From assembly GCA_051117555.1 (NCBI GenBank), contig JBNPEG010000229.1:1-39613 (forward strand): 39,613 bases of DNA. Reading direction: 5' to 3'. The notes below the pieces were generated by a model. The model was given only the letters and a program-made list of their open reading frames with translations, was not told the DNA's origin and made no database searches. This DNA is from Elainellaceae cyanobacterium. Its GTDB lineage: Bacteria; Cyanobacteriota; Cyanobacteriia; CAZCXK01. The translations under genes were made by a program, and so were the position numbers. Below are positions 1 to 10,980 of this stretch, in pieces; positions within the stretch are counted from its first letter, which is position 1, and every line of letters begins with the position of its first letter.

Positions 1-184
1 CTACATTAGAAAGCCAGTATCCTACGACCGTTGACGGAAAGAACCAATCCGGGTAAAACCAGCTCATCAGATAGCCAAACCCATAGGCGATCGGCAAGTT
101 GAAGAATAGGTCATTCCACCACGATAGTGGTGAAAGCATGTAGCCTAACCCAACTAGAAATCCACCGCGAAGTGTTTTGAGCAT
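1..184 (-). CDS. Conserved cyanobacterial membrane protein, partial (runs off the window edge; not in ORF track)
   Basis: Hand translation from ATG at 184: MLKTLRGGFLVGLGYMLSPLSWWNDLFFNLPIAYGFGYLMSWFYPDWFFPSTVVGYWLSNV..., open to the edge. Hydrophobic, with a GAGGA RBS just upstream. Confidence 0.8.
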   Translation of the reverse strand, partial: MLKTLRGGFLVGLGYMLSPLSWWNDLFFNLPIAYGFGYLMSWFYPDWFFPSTVVGYWLSNV

Positions 185-226
185 TGTTCCTCAGCTATTT
201 GCCAGCTATTAGCCTTTAGCCTTAAG

Positions 227-421
227 AACCCGCGTAGGCGGGTTTTGTTTGTGTAGCAGCGATTTTAATCGCCACCTCTCCACGAAGACAGGTTTTATTT
301 GTGTAGGCAGCGATTTTAATCGCCACCTCTCCATGAAGACAGGTTTTGTTTGTGTAGCAGCGATTTTAATCGCCACCTCTCCATGAAGACAGGTTTTGTT
401 TGTGTAGCAGCGATTTTAATC
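227..421. repeat. 50-bp tandem repeat array (~3.6 units) of a GTAG-type REP-like small dispersed repeat
   Basis: Units GGTTTTGTTTGTGTAGCAGCGATTTTAATCGCCACCTCTCCAYGAAGACA at 241-290, 291-341, 342-391 and partial 392-421. Preceded by hairpin AACCCGC-GTAG-GCGGGTT (227-244). Confidence 0.9.
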
Positions 422-430
422 ACTACCCAA

Positions 431-1489
431 TCATTCCTTTATTCCGCTTGTTCCCATTAAGTATAGTAGCGCCATCCTCACCGCCACACCGCTGGTGACT
501 TGCTGAGAAACCAGGCTGACAGCAGGGTTATCCATGAGTTCGGAGCTAATTTCAACGCCCCGATTGGTAGGGCCGGGGTGTAGCACTTTGACAGTAGGAT
601 GGCAGAGCGTCAGGCGATCGCTCGTTAGCCCAAACTGCTGGTGATATTCTCGCAGACTTGGCAACAAATTCTGTGCCATGCGCTCTTTTTGCAGCCTCAG
701 CGTCATGACAAAATCAGCATCTTCAAGGGCAGGTTCGAGCGACCAATGAACCCATAGGTTGGCAGGCGACAGTGAAGAAAGGGGAGACATCGGGGATGGG
801 GACAGCGAGGGCGATAACGTCTGACGTCTGATGTCGTGGCAGTACGTGGCAAATTCTTTGGGTAGTAGGGTTGAGGGCCCAGCCAGATGCACGTCAGCGC
901 CGCTGGCAGTCAAACTCCAGATATTGGAGCGGGCGACTCGCGAATGCAGGATATCGCCGACGATCGCAATTTTTTTGTTGGCTAAAAGCTCGACACGCGG
1001 CTGGTCAACGTCAAGCTGGGTACAAATGGTAAACAAATCGAGGAGGGCTTGAGACGGGTGTTCGTGCTGACCATCGCCCGCATTTAAAACGCCGACATGG
1101 GTGTTAAGCCGTTCCATTTCTTGGGCGATCGCCAAGGGCACTCCTGCTTCACGATGGCGGACTACCATTAAATCAGTCCCCATTGCCAGATAGGTTTTTG
1201 CCGTATCAAGAATCGTTTCGCCTTTAGTCAGCGACGACGAACCCGGCGCAAAATTGAGTGTATCGGCAGAGAGGCGCTTAGCAGCCAGCTCAAAACTGCT
1301 GCGAGTGCGAGTTGACGGCTCGAAAAATAAATTGGTCACCACTTGTCCCTGCAGGGCAGGCACCTTTTTAGTCCGTCTTGACAAGACTTCTCGAAAGTTA
1401 GCGGCCATTTGCAAGACTGTGTTGTATTCGTAAGGAGTAAAGTCAGCCAGCGAAATAATGTGGCGACGAGTCCAAGAGGCAGTTGCCAT
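431..1489 (-). CDS. pyrB: Aspartate carbamoyltransferase catalytic subunit
   Basis: [13 protein letters not shown] carbamoyl-phosphate motif, [31 protein letters not shown]. Confidence 0.97.
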   Translation of the reverse strand: MATASWTRRHIISLADFTPYEYNTVLQMAANFREVLSRRTKKVPALQGQVVTNLFFEPSTRTRSSFELAAKRLSADTLNFAPGSSSLTKGETILDTAKTYLAMGTDLMVVRHREAGVPLAIAQEMERLNTHVGVLNAGDGQHEHPSQALLDLFTICTQLDVDQPRVELLANKKIAIVGDILHSRVARSNIWSLTASGADVHLAGPSTLLPKEFATYCHDIRRQTLSPSLSPSPMSPLSSLSPANLWVHWSLEPALEDADFVMTLRLQKERMAQNLLPSLREYHQQFGLTSDRLTLCHPTVKVLHPGPTNRGVEISSELMDNPAVSLVSQQVTSGVAVRMALLYLMGTSGIKE

Positions 1490-1611
1490 GAAGAAACCCT
1501 AATACGACTTAAACATCGCGTTTGACCTGAGTAGAGGCAGAGTAGCCCCAATGATTATTCACCCATGGATGACCCCAATCCGTTACATTCAATGATTTGT
1601 CAATGATTTCA

Positions 1612-1636
1612 AATCGATGATTTCAAATCATCGATT
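1612..1636. promoter_or_regulatory. Perfect 12-bp-arm palindrome in the divergent pyrB / sensor kinase promoter region
   Basis: AATCGATGATTT-C-AAATCATCGATT; function inferred only. Confidence 0.4.
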
Positions 1637-1880
1637 GATCTCAATGCTTTAATAAATAAAGATTACGAGTGGTTACATAATCCTCATATCATGAAACAAA
1701 CTTTTATAAGGTAGACATTTGCGGTTTAGGGTGCGATACGTGCTCCGCAAAGGCAAGCCAACGCCGTTCTCCACTCCTCAATTCAGCGTGCGATCGCCGT
1801 GTCGTATAGACCAAATCGATTCGTTTCTCTCAATTCGTCCCCTCTCACCATAAGGAGATGATAATCATCACCCAGCCATT

Positions 1881-4800
1881 ATGACTGCACAATTTCCTGA
1901 CCGTGAACTGGCAAGACTTGAGACGCTCCGTCGATACAATATCTTAGATACTGAGCCAGAAAAGGCGTTTGACGATCTAACTCAGTTGGCAGCGAACATC
2001 TGTAATGTTCCGATTTCGCTGATTAGCCTCATTGATGAATGTCGTCAGTGGTTTAAGTCAAGAATTGGTGTCGATGTTGCTGAAACTCCACGCGCTATAG
2101 CATTCTGTAGCCATGCGATTCAGCAAACTGATGTTCTCGTCGTTCCCGATACGCTGCAAGATGAGCGCTTTTCCAACAATCCGTTGGTGACGAGTGCGCC
2201 GCATATTCGGTTTTATGCGGGTGCGCCTCTGATTACCTCCGACGGATACGCGCTGGGCACCCTTTGCGTCATTGACCTCGTCCCCAGACAGTTGACTCCC
2301 GATCAGCTTGATTCGCTTCAAATTTTGGCGCATCAGGTCATGGCGCAGTTGGAGCTGCGGCGGACGGTGTCTAATTTGGCGACTGCGGTTATCAATGGCA
2401 AGCAGTCTGAGAGGGCGCTGAAAGAGAGCGAAGAACGATTTCGCCTGATGGCAAATTCGGCACCCGTCCTAATCTGGATGGCAGATACGTCTCAGAAGTG
2501 CTGTTTCTTCAATCAACCTTGGCTTGACTTTACCGGGCGATCGCTCGACGAAGAAATAAATGACGGGTGGCTAGAGGGCGTTCACCCCGATGATCGGCAC
2601 TCCTGTTCCAATGCGTACACGACAGCATTCAACGCCTGTCAACCCTTCACCATCGAATACCGCTTGAGACGGGTGGACGGGGAATACCGCTGGATTTTAG
2701 ACACTGGGATACCGCGCTATGGCTCGGAGGGGCAGTTTAAGGGCTATATCGGCTCCTGCGTCGATATCACGGAACGTCGAAATGCTGAACAAGAGCGCGA
2801 TCGCCTCTTTGAGCTGTCTCTTGATATGCTCTGCATTGCCGGAATAGACGGCTATTTCAAGCGATTAAATCCATCGTTTGAACGAATTTTGGGCTATTCT
2901 CGCGACGAACTCCTGTCTACTCCGTTGATTAACTTCGTGCATCCCGACGATCGCGCTTCGACTCTGGGCGAACTGAAAAAATTGTCTCAGGGGATGCCGA
3001 CTCTCTACTTTGAAAATCGCTATCGCTGTAAAGATGGGTCATATCGGTGGTTTGCCTGGACATCATCGGCTGCGCAAGACGAGGGAGTGCTCTATGCGGT
3101 TGCTCGGGATGTTACCGCAGTGAAAGAAACGCAACAGCAGCGAGATGATCTGCTACACCACGAGCAAGCGATTCGAGCTGAAATTGAAGTGGCCCGAAAC
3201 CGAGTCGCCGATATCCTCGAAAGTATTACCGATGCTTTCTTTGCCCTCGACTTATCCTGGAATTTTACCTACGTCAATGCTCAAGCCGAATATCTTCTGC
3301 AACGACAGCGTGATCAACTGCTCGGTCAAAATATCTGGGAGCAGTTTCCAGAAGCGGTTGCATCAACGTTTTATCACGAATATCATCGGGCGATCGCTCG
3401 TCAAACCCGTGTTGAATTTGAAGCGTTTTTTTCTCCCCTCGATACCTGGTTCCAAGTTCATGCCTACCCATCCGAAAGCGGGCTGTCCGTCTTTTTTCAA
3501 AATATTAATGAACGAAAATATGCGGAGGACGCACTACGCAGTTCGGAAGAGCGCTATCGGTTGCTGTTTGAAAGCAATCCCCATCCGATGTGGGTCTATG
3601 ATCTCGAAACCTTTGCTTTCCTAGCGGTTAATCGGGCTGCGATCGCGCATTATGGGTATTCGCGAGACGAATTTTTATCCATGACGATTTGCGACATTCG
3701 CCCATCTGAAGACGTCCCTGCCCTACTTGAAAATGTGGCTTGTGTCACTGAAGGCATTAACCGAGCCGGGATTTGGAGGCATCGCAAAAAAAATGGCACG
3801 CTGATCGATGTCGAAATTACGTCTCACACCATCCCATTTGCTAAGCGTCGGGCAGAAGTCGTCTTAGCCAATGACGTGACGAAACGTATACAGGCTGAAA
3901 CAGCCTTGCGCCAGAGTAATGACTTGCTCCAGGTCATTAGCTGCGCCCAGTCTCAATTTATTACTGACTCGTCCCCCCACCATCTATTTGATAACCTCCT
4001 TGCAGAATTATTGAACGTCACGAATAGCGAATTTGGGTTCATCGGTGAGGTCTTATGCGACGCTGATGGTGAAGCGTATGTGAAAGAGGCGTATCTGAAA
4101 CGGCGAGGTCATCCTTGCGTAAAAACTCACGCCATTACTAATATTGCTTGGAATACGGAGTCTCGTGATTTCTATGAAGAATATGTGCCTCAGCAGACAG
4201 AGTTCTACAATATGCAGATCCTGTTCGAGGCTGTAATCACCTCCGGAGAACCCGTTATTTCTAATGATCCTATATCTAATTCGAGACGAGAAGGACTGTC
4301 TAACGGGCATCCCCCACTCCAGACATTCTTAGGATTGCCATTCTATGGCGACCATCAAATGATTGGAATGGTGGGTATTGCAAATCGCCCCGGCGGCTAT
4401 AACGAGTTGTTGATAACCTATTTGCAGCCGTTTTTATCGACCTGTGGCAATATCATCAAAGCCTATCGCAGCGATCGCCGCAGACACCAGTTAGAAGACG
4501 AACTCCAGCGCCAAATCGTTCAGTCGCGCCTGTTTTCTGAAATCAGCCTCAAAATCCGGCAGTCATTACAAATCGATGATATTCTCTCAACGTCTGTTCA
4601 CGAAGTTCAAAAAATTCTTGAATCCGATCGGGTGCTGATTTTTCGACTCGAAGCATCCGGCATTGGACAGGTTGTAAAGGAAGCCATTGCACCCGGATTT
4701 TCCTCCGTTCTCAATCTCGAAGTAACCGATGAGTGTTTTGGGTCTGACTACCTCCAAAAATATCGCCAAGGGCGGGTTTATATTCTTCCAGATGTCAGCG

Positions 4801-5735
4801 AGACAGCCGTCGAACCCTGTCTGATCCGTTTCATGGAAAAGATTAACGTCAAATCTAAGCTGGTAATGCCTATTCTGGTCAAACATGATTTTTGGGGATT
4901 ACTGATTGCCCACCAGTGCAGTACTGCCCGCCACTGGCTAGACTTTGAAGTCAGTCTCATGCAGCAGTTGGCTGACCAGGTTGGTATCGCTCTAGCACAG
5001 GCTCAGCTCTTAGAGCAGGAGACCATCCAGCGACAAGAGCTTGCCCGTTCCAATGCTGATTTGCAGCAGTTTGCCTACGTTGCCTCCCACGATCTGCAAG
5101 AACCTTTAAGAATGATTACCAGCTATTTGCAATTAATTGAGCGGCGATACAAAGATCAGCTTGATGACAATGCCAACGATTTCATCAATTTTGCAGTCGA
5201 AGGTGCAACTCGAATGCAAACCCTCATCAATGATTTGCTGAGCTATTCCCGAGTCGGTACGCGGGGCAAATCATTTGAGCAAACGGATGTCGGCACCTGT
5301 CTTAAACGGGCATTAGTCAATCTAAAGATGGCAATCGACGAAACCGATGCCACCATTACCTATGATGAAATGCCCCAAATCATGGCCGATGAAACCCAAC
5401 TCACGCAACTGTTTCAAAACTTAATCGGCAATGCAATCAAGTTCAGGGGGGCTCATTCACCCCATATCCACATTCATGCTCAGCGCAGACAAGATGACTG
5501 GTTGTTTGCGGTTCAAGATAATGGGATTGGTATCGAGCCTCAGTATGCCCAGCGAATTTTCATGATCTTTCAGCGACTCCATGGTCGCAATGAATATCCC
5601 GGTACCGGTATTGGCTTGGCAATCTGTAAAAAAATTGTTGAACGTCACAATGGCCATATTTGGATCGAATCAGAGTTAGGGAAGGGAACGACTTTCTTCT
5701 TTACGATCTCTGATCGGGAGGAGCCACCGTCATGA
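1881..5735 (+). CDS. Multi-sensor histidine kinase: GAF, four PAS, GAF, cyanobacteriochrome GAF, Cph1-type HisKA/HATPase
   Basis: N-terminal GAF ([13 protein letters not shown]...RFYAGAPL), repeated PAS/PAC motifs (VHPDDR, YRW), CBCR GAF at 4554-5006, H-box [40 protein letters not shown]. Confidence 0.93.
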   Translation: MTAQFPDRELARLETLRRYNILDTEPEKAFDDLTQLAANICNVPISLISLIDECRQWFKSRIGVDVAETPRAIAFCSHAIQQTDVLVVPDTLQDERFSNNPLVTSAPHIRFYAGAPLITSDGYALGTLCVIDLVPRQLTPDQLDSLQILAHQVMAQLELRRTVSNLATAVINGKQSERALKESEERFRLMANSAPVLIWMADTSQKCCFFNQPWLDFTGRSLDEEINDGWLEGVHPDDRHSCSNAYTTAFNACQPFTIEYRLRRVDGEYRWILDTGIPRYGSEGQFKGYIGSCVDITERRNAEQERDRLFELSLDMLCIAGIDGYFKRLNPSFERILGYSRDELLSTPLINFVHPDDRASTLGELKKLSQGMPTLYFENRYRCKDGSYRWFAWTSSAAQDEGVLYAVARDVTAVKETQQQRDDLLHHEQAIRAEIEVARNRVADILESITDAFFALDLSWNFTYVNAQAEYLLQRQRDQLLGQNIWEQFPEAVASTFYHEYHRAIARQTRVEFEAFFSPLDTWFQVHAYPSESGLSVFFQNINERKYAEDALRSSEERYRLLFESNPHPMWVYDLETFAFLAVNRAAIAHYGYSRDEFLSMTICDIRPSEDVPALLENVACVTEGINRAGIWRHRKKNGTLIDVEITSHTIPFAKRRAEVVLANDVTKRIQAETALRQSNDLLQVISCAQSQFITDSSPHHLFDNLLAELLNVTNSEFGFIGEVLCDADGEAYVKEAYLKRRGHPCVKTHAITNIAWNTESRDFYEEYVPQQTEFYNMQILFEAVITSGEPVISNDPISNSRREGLSNGHPPLQTFLGLPFYGDHQMIGMVGIANRPGGYNELLITYLQPFLSTCGNIIKAYRSDRRRHQLEDELQRQIVQSRLFSEISLKIRQSLQIDDILSTSVHEVQKILESDRVLIFRLEASGIGQVVKEAIAPGFSSVLNLEVTDECFGSDYLQKYRQGRVYILPDVSETAVEPCLIRFMEKINVKSKLVMPILVKHDFWGLLIAHQCSTARHWLDFEVSLMQQLADQVGIALAQAQLLEQETIQRQELARSNADLQQFAYVASHDLQEPLRMITSYLQLIERRYKDQLDDNANDFINFAVEGATRMQTLINDLLSYSRVGTRGKSFEQTDVGTCLKRALVNLKMAIDETDATITYDEMPQIMADETQLTQLFQNLIGNAIKFRGAHSPHIHIHAQRRQDDWLFAVQDNGIGIEPQYAQRIFMIFQRLHGRNEYPGTGIGLAICKKIVERHNGHIWIESELGKGTTFFFTISDREEPPS

Positions 5736-6178
5736 GTCATGGAGTACCAAAACGACATATCGAGATTTTGCTGGTGGAAGATAGCCCCGGCGATGTTCGC
5801 TTAACCCAGGAGGTGTTACGAGAAGCAAAGGTTCTCAATCATTTGTATGTCGTTCAAGACGGGGTTGAAGCGATGGCGTTTTTGCGTCATGAGGGTAAAT
5901 TTACGACTGCCCCCAAACCCGATCTGATTTTGCTCGATCTGAATCTTCCCAAGAAAGATGGGCGAGAAGTTTTGATGGATATCAAAAATGATGACACGCT
6001 CAGACGTATTCCCGTGGTGGTATTGACGACATCTCAAGCTGAGGAAGATATTGTAAAAACTTACGAACTCCATGGCAATTGTTACATTACCAAACCAGTC
6101 GATTTGTCTCAATTTATTCGTGTCGTAAAGTCAATTGAAGATTTTTGGCTCTCTATTGTTGAGCTGCCACCGGAGTAA
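5732..6178 (+). CDS. Single-domain response regulator, Rcp1-like (phytochrome-kinase partner class)
   Basis: [32 protein letters not shown] and C-terminal [14 protein letters not shown] overlap with the kinase stop. Confidence 0.92.
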   Translation: MSHGVPKRHIEILLVEDSPGDVRLTQEVLREAKVLNHLYVVQDGVEAMAFLRHEGKFTTAPKPDLILLDLNLPKKDGREVLMDIKNDDTLRRIPVVVLTTSQAEEDIVKTYELHGNCYITKPVDLSQFIRVVKSIEDFWLSIVELPPE

Positions 6179-6183
6179 CGCAT

Positions 6184-8466
6184 ATGGCAAATGACCCCAT
6201 TAAGGTATTGCTCGTCGAAGATAATTCAGGAGATGCTCGCCTGCTCCGTGAAATCTTAGTTGAGGTTGAGTCTATCCGATTTGATCTGGTTCACGTCGAT
6301 CGCCTCGAGCAAAGTATCTTCCAGCTTCAACACGATACGTTCGACGTGATTTTGCTTGATCTGTCGTTACCGGATAGTCAAGGGTTAGAGACTCTTTCAC
6401 ATATTAAAGATGAAGGATCGGCCATTCCTATCGTCGTACTAACCGGGTTGGACGACAAAATCTTGGCGATTAAAGCCGTTCAAAGCGGAGCACAAGATTA
6501 TCTCATCAAGGGTCGGGTCACCGGAGACATGCTCGCCCGCGCAATTCGCTATGCCATCGAACGTAAGCGAGTTCAAGAAGAACTTAGACAGCAGCGTGAT
6601 TTTCTAGATGCGGTCGTTGAAACCGCGAGTGAGGGCATTGCGGTTAGTGACGAACGGGGACAGTTCATTATCTATAACTCACGACTTCAAGACATTACCG
6701 GATATTCTCAGACAGAAGCGCAGCAGTTTGATTTCTTATCTCAGATCTCCCCAAATTCTGGGCTATCGGCTCAGGCAATGACGGCATTCCAGGACGCGTT
6801 TCAAGGACAGGAAATTAATAACCAGGAGTGGGAAATTGTTCGCAAAGGCGGAGAACGTCGCAATATTCTCGTCTCGACTCGGGTTTTGTCATATAACAAC
6901 CGGAGTTGGCTGCTGAGCATGATTCGCGATATTAGCGATCGCCGTCGTGCTGAGCAAAAAATTCGAGAACAGGCTGCCCTCATTGATATCGCAACTGATG
7001 CTATCTTGGTTCAAGACTCAGAATCCCGCATTCTGTTCTGGAGTAAAGGCGCCGAGCGGCTGTATGGGTGGACGGCAAGCGAAGCGATTGGACACCATAC
7101 TGAGCGTTTACTCAATCAGGGAAACTATCCTGAATACGAACAAATAGAGTCGAGTCTTCTTCGAGATGGAGAATGGCAGGGTGAGCTGCATCATGTCACT
7201 CGTCATGGACAAGATTTAGTGATCGAGAGTCGATGGACGCTGATGCCTGATGACGTAGGCTCTTCCCGCTCCATTTTAGTTGTCAATACTGATATTACGG
7301 AACGAAAACAGCTTGAAGCCCAGTTTCTTCGCGCCCAACGCATGGAAAGTCTAGGCATTCTGGCAAGCGGTATCGCTCATGACCTCAATAACGTGATGAC
7401 TCCTATTCTGGCAGCATCGCAGCTTTTGCAGATGAAGCTGACGGATGACAAAAGCCAGCAGCTTCTCACCATGCAAGAGGAAAATATCAAACGGGGAGCC
7501 GGACTCATTCGACAAGTCTTGTCGTTTGCACGAGGGATTGATGGTAAATTTACGCTGTTGCAAATCCGGCACCTGATTGGAGAAATCAGGCAGATTGTGC
7601 TTCAAACATTCCCCAAATCAATTTCTCTGCGTGCAGATACGCCCAATGATTTGTGGATGGTTTCTGCCGATCCGACCCAACTACATCAGGTATTGATTAA
7701 TCTTTGTGTCAATGCTCGCGACGCCATGCCGTATGGGGGCGTGCTGACGATCTCGGCCCAAAATATTTCGCTGGATGAAGCCTATACCCGCATGCACATT
7801 GATGCAAAAGTTGGCGACTACGTCATGATCCGGGTGGCCGATACGGGCATGGGAATTCCGTTTGATATTCAAGATCGAATTTTTGAACCTTTCTTTACCA
7901 CCAAGGAAGTCGGGAAGGGGACGGGGCTGGGGTTGTCAACAGCGGTCGGTATTATCAGGAGCCACAACGGCTTCATACAAGTGTACAGTGAGATCGAGCG
8001 CGGTACAGAGTTTCGCGTCTATCTGCCTGCCGTGGCGATCGCCCAACCCCAAATTAGTCAAACGATTCGGTCTAAGCTTCCCCCCGGCCATGGCGAACTG
8101 GTTCTAGTGGTAGACGATGAAAAATCGGTATGTGATATTACGAAAACCCTGCTAGAAACCCACGGGTATCGAGTGATAACAGCCCAAGATGGGATTGAAG
8201 CCCTCTCGGTTTACGCTCAAAATCAAAGTCATGTTAATGCTGTCTTAGTAGATATGATGATGCCCAACGCAGACGGCCCCACCACGATCCGATCGCTGCA
8301 AGCAATCAACCCCCAGGTCAAAATTGTCGCAGTCAGTGGCTTATCGTCAAATCGTTCATCTGCTGAATCGGCGGGCACAAGTGTAAAAGCGTTTTTGTCA
8401 AAACCCTACACAGCAGAAACATTGTTAACTACGCTGCATGACATTTTACCCGCACCAACCCTGTAA
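6184..8466 (+). CDS. Hybrid histidine kinase REC-PAS-PAS-HisKA-HATPase-REC
   Basis: N-terminal REC (LLVED, LLDLSLPD), ASGIAHDLNN H-box, NLCVNARDAM, FFTTKEVGKGTGLGL, C-terminal REC (LVVDDE, VDMMMP). Confidence 0.93.
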   Translation: MANDPIKVLLVEDNSGDARLLREILVEVESIRFDLVHVDRLEQSIFQLQHDTFDVILLDLSLPDSQGLETLSHIKDEGSAIPIVVLTGLDDKILAIKAVQSGAQDYLIKGRVTGDMLARAIRYAIERKRVQEELRQQRDFLDAVVETASEGIAVSDERGQFIIYNSRLQDITGYSQTEAQQFDFLSQISPNSGLSAQAMTAFQDAFQGQEINNQEWEIVRKGGERRNILVSTRVLSYNNRSWLLSMIRDISDRRRAEQKIREQAALIDIATDAILVQDSESRILFWSKGAERLYGWTASEAIGHHTERLLNQGNYPEYEQIESSLLRDGEWQGELHHVTRHGQDLVIESRWTLMPDDVGSSRSILVVNTDITERKQLEAQFLRAQRMESLGILASGIAHDLNNVMTPILAASQLLQMKLTDDKSQQLLTMQEENIKRGAGLIRQVLSFARGIDGKFTLLQIRHLIGEIRQIVLQTFPKSISLRADTPNDLWMVSADPTQLHQVLINLCVNARDAMPYGGVLTISAQNISLDEAYTRMHIDAKVGDYVMIRVADTGMGIPFDIQDRIFEPFFTTKEVGKGTGLGLSTAVGIIRSHNGFIQVYSEIERGTEFRVYLPAVAIAQPQISQTIRSKLPPGHGELVLVVDDEKSVCDITKTLLETHGYRVITAQDGIEALSVYAQNQSHVNAVLVDMMMPNADGPTTIRSLQAINPQVKIVAVSGLSSNRSSAESAGTSVKAFLSKPYTAETLLTTLHDILPAPTL

Positions 8467-8736
8467 GTTGGGAGCAATGAGCCGTCAAACGCGAAGCGCC
8501 TTTACTCACAGTAGAAATACGGTAGAAATAGAGAGTCACCCACACCGTAATCTGATAAGATGTACAGTAATATGATAAATCTGTTAATCCTCGTAATGGA
8601 TTGCCTCAGCTAGCTGATTGAGTCGAATCTCTGTTTTGATCAACCGTTCAAATCAACATTTAGCCCATCTAAATCAGAACATCCTGATTTATAGTAACCC
8701 TAAGGCGAGTCTGCAATCACGGACAAGAGCGAATAT

Positions 8737-8859
8737 ATGGATATTAAGTTGATTTTTTTGGCGTTGACTCCGATTTTCATTGTGTCATGTCTTTTCTTTG
8801 GAACCCGCAACGGGTTCTACGACACAGATAAATATCATGGCAATGGCTCAGCCCATTAG
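8737..8859 (+). CDS. ndhP: NDH-1 complex subunit NdhP, 40 aa (not in ORF track)
   Basis: Hand translation MDIKLIFLALTPIFIVSCLFFGTRNGFYDTDKYHGNGSAH: one TM helix plus the NdhP signature GFYDTDxYHGNGSAH. Confidence 0.93.
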   Translation: MDIKLIFLALTPIFIVSCLFFGTRNGFYDTDKYHGNGSAH

Positions 8860-8945
8860 ATTCAGCCCTTCAGCAAGCAGCGGTATCGGCTAATTTACCA
8901 TTCCGGAGCTTGGCTTTACTCTGGTGTCTGCAAGGAATCTAAATT

Positions 8946-10631
8946 GTGATTGAGCTGGAATGCTTGCCGTATGGAGTCGGTCACGCCGACGAAGGCGTTT
9001 GTTTGCAAATGCAAATGGGCCCTCATCAGATATTACTGGACTGTGGGCTGATTGACCCGTTACCCCTCATCAATAAATATGCGAAGGACCCCTGTCCGGC
9101 TGACTTAGTATTTTGTACTCATGCTCATGCTGACCACGCACGGGGATTGCTTGACCTACATCGCGCATGTCCAACTCTGCCAATCTATGCCAGTGAGGTA
9201 ACAGCCCGTCTATTGCCTCTCAATTGGCTTGATCAAGAGGTGCCCCATTTTTGCCAGCCGTTACCTTGGCGATCGCCCATTGAGCTCAAAGATGGTTTGA
9301 CCGCCCAACTGTGGCCTGCGGGTCACCTGCCTGGAGCCGCATCCATCCTGCTTACGTATAAATCAAGAGAACGTGCGTATACCGTTTTTTATACGGGAGA
9401 TTTCTTATTATCAAATTCTCGCTTGGTAGAGGGGCTGCCACTCGAAGAATTGCGCGGCATCAAACCGGATGTTCTGATTGTTGAAGGCAGCTATGGAACC
9501 GGTCGACATCCTCGCCGCCGGCAACAAGAAAATCAGCTTGCCGAAAAAATCAATCGAGCCCTCTCAAACGGGCAGTCTGTATTGTTGCCTACTCCGACAT
9601 TAGGGCTTGCTCAAGAACTGCTGATGCTGCTTCGAAGTCATCATCATTTTACTGGGCGCGATATAGACATCTGGGTAGATGGCAGCATTGCTGCGGGATG
9701 TGATGCCTATCTTGATTTACTGCCATACTTTCCCAGTACCGTACAAAATTTTGCTCGACATCAGCCCCTTTTCTGGGATGAACGAATTCGTCCGCGCGTC
9801 CGACGTTTACAGCCGCCTGATCGCCACGACCCACAGCCCGTTTCTCTGCCTAATGCCCCATGCGTCATTCTGACCGATCGTGGCTCAGAGCTTGAGCACT
9901 ACTGCCGTTCTGATGACATCCCATGGCTGCTGCTGCTTCCCCAAAAGCCAGGACAGATCGGGTCAACTGAAACCTCCGTTCATCACGCAATTCGTCAGTC
10001 TGAGACTCTGCAAACCCAAATCGAATCCAATCATCTCATCCTGGATTCCTATTTTCTAGGCGATCATTGCGATGGTCCGAGTACGACGCAGCTAATCCAC
10101 AATATTCGTCCTCAACATGTCATCTTCATTCATGGAGCGCCTACCTATCTTGCCGATTTAACGAGTCTAGAAGAGCTGCAAAATCGATATCAGCTTCATC
10201 TGCCCTCCGTCGGCAATCGCGTAGAGTTACCCATCGGAGAAATGTTTCTTCAACCGGCGCCTCCAGACGCTAAATATGAAGGAGAACTGACTGAGCTAGA
10301 AACGCTCGCAATGCTTACCCTGCCCGATGCAATTATGTCCGATCCGCGATGGCAAAATTTTGCCGATACCGGGCTCGTTGAAGCGCGTTGGCAAGGGGAT
10401 GAACTGGTTTTGAGGGGGCTACCTCAACAGGAAATTCTCAATCAGGGCGCATCGTTGCCATTGCCAGCGAGTTTAGAGTGCTGCAAAAATTGCCTGCACT
10501 ACCGAGGACAGCGATGCTGGAATCAAGCCTCTCCGCTATTTGGCTTTAAGGTGACGCCGGACGGATATTGCCCTGAATTTGAATCTTTAAGTTCTGCGTT
10601 AGAGCGTCCTCGTATCGAAGCCGATGACTAA
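8946..10631 (+). CDS. MBL-fold metallo-hydrolase, beta-CASP-type putative ribonuclease, with C-terminal Cys cluster
   Basis: LLDCG, THAHADH, AGHLPGAA, YTGDF, VEGSYG, IFIHG motifs; C-terminal CKNC...C...C. GTG start. Confidence 0.85.
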   Translation: MIELECLPYGVGHADEGVCLQMQMGPHQILLDCGLIDPLPLINKYAKDPCPADLVFCTHAHADHARGLLDLHRACPTLPIYASEVTARLLPLNWLDQEVPHFCQPLPWRSPIELKDGLTAQLWPAGHLPGAASILLTYKSRERAYTVFYTGDFLLSNSRLVEGLPLEELRGIKPDVLIVEGSYGTGRHPRRRQQENQLAEKINRALSNGQSVLLPTPTLGLAQELLMLLRSHHHFTGRDIDIWVDGSIAAGCDAYLDLLPYFPSTVQNFARHQPLFWDERIRPRVRRLQPPDRHDPQPVSLPNAPCVILTDRGSELEHYCRSDDIPWLLLLPQKPGQIGSTETSVHHAIRQSETLQTQIESNHLILDSYFLGDHCDGPSTTQLIHNIRPQHVIFIHGAPTYLADLTSLEELQNRYQLHLPSVGNRVELPIGEMFLQPAPPDAKYEGELTELETLAMLTLPDAIMSDPRWQNFADTGLVEARWQGDELVLRGLPQQEILNQGASLPLPASLECCKNCLHYRGQRCWNQASPLFGFKVTPDGYCPEFESLSSALERPRIEADD

Positions 10632-10668
10632 GTCAGCAATTTCCTTAAGCGGAAGGAATGCATCGCTC

Positions 10669-10980
10669 CTAACTCTCGTTAGATTCGGGGCGACGGTTGC
10701 GAATTTGCTCTGCTTCAGGGCAATCATCTGATACGAGCGGTTCGACATCTCCTTTGGGGACGGTCGCAAGCTTCTGCATGACCGCGCCGATACTCTCTAA
10801 ACGAATCATTTCCTCCCAGGAACAGGTTTCGTCTTCTTCTTCAGTTTCATATCGGAGGGTCACCAAATCACCTTCAATGTCAAGGATTCGAGCACGCTCA
10901 ATCCAACGCTGTTGATCCCGCAAGAAGATCCAGACTTCGCGACCATCACAGCAGAGTTGATAAATCTTGCGGTGTAACAT
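10669..10980 (-). CDS. Conserved cyanobacterial hypothetical protein (recalled as DUF6679-like)
   Basis: MLHRKIYQLCCDGREVWIFLRDQQRWIERARI is a familiar conserved cyanobacterial N-terminus. AGGAG RBS upstream. The DUF label is from memory. Confidence 0.8.
   Translation of the reverse strand: MLHRKIYQLCCDGREVWIFLRDQQRWIERARILDIEGDLVTLRYETEEEDETCSWEEMIRLESIGAVMQKLATVPKGDVEPLVSDDCPEAEQIRNRRPESNES

Noticed and set aside
241..421. CRISPR array
   Set aside because: Units are near-identical over their whole length with no unique spacers, and no cas genes are in the window.
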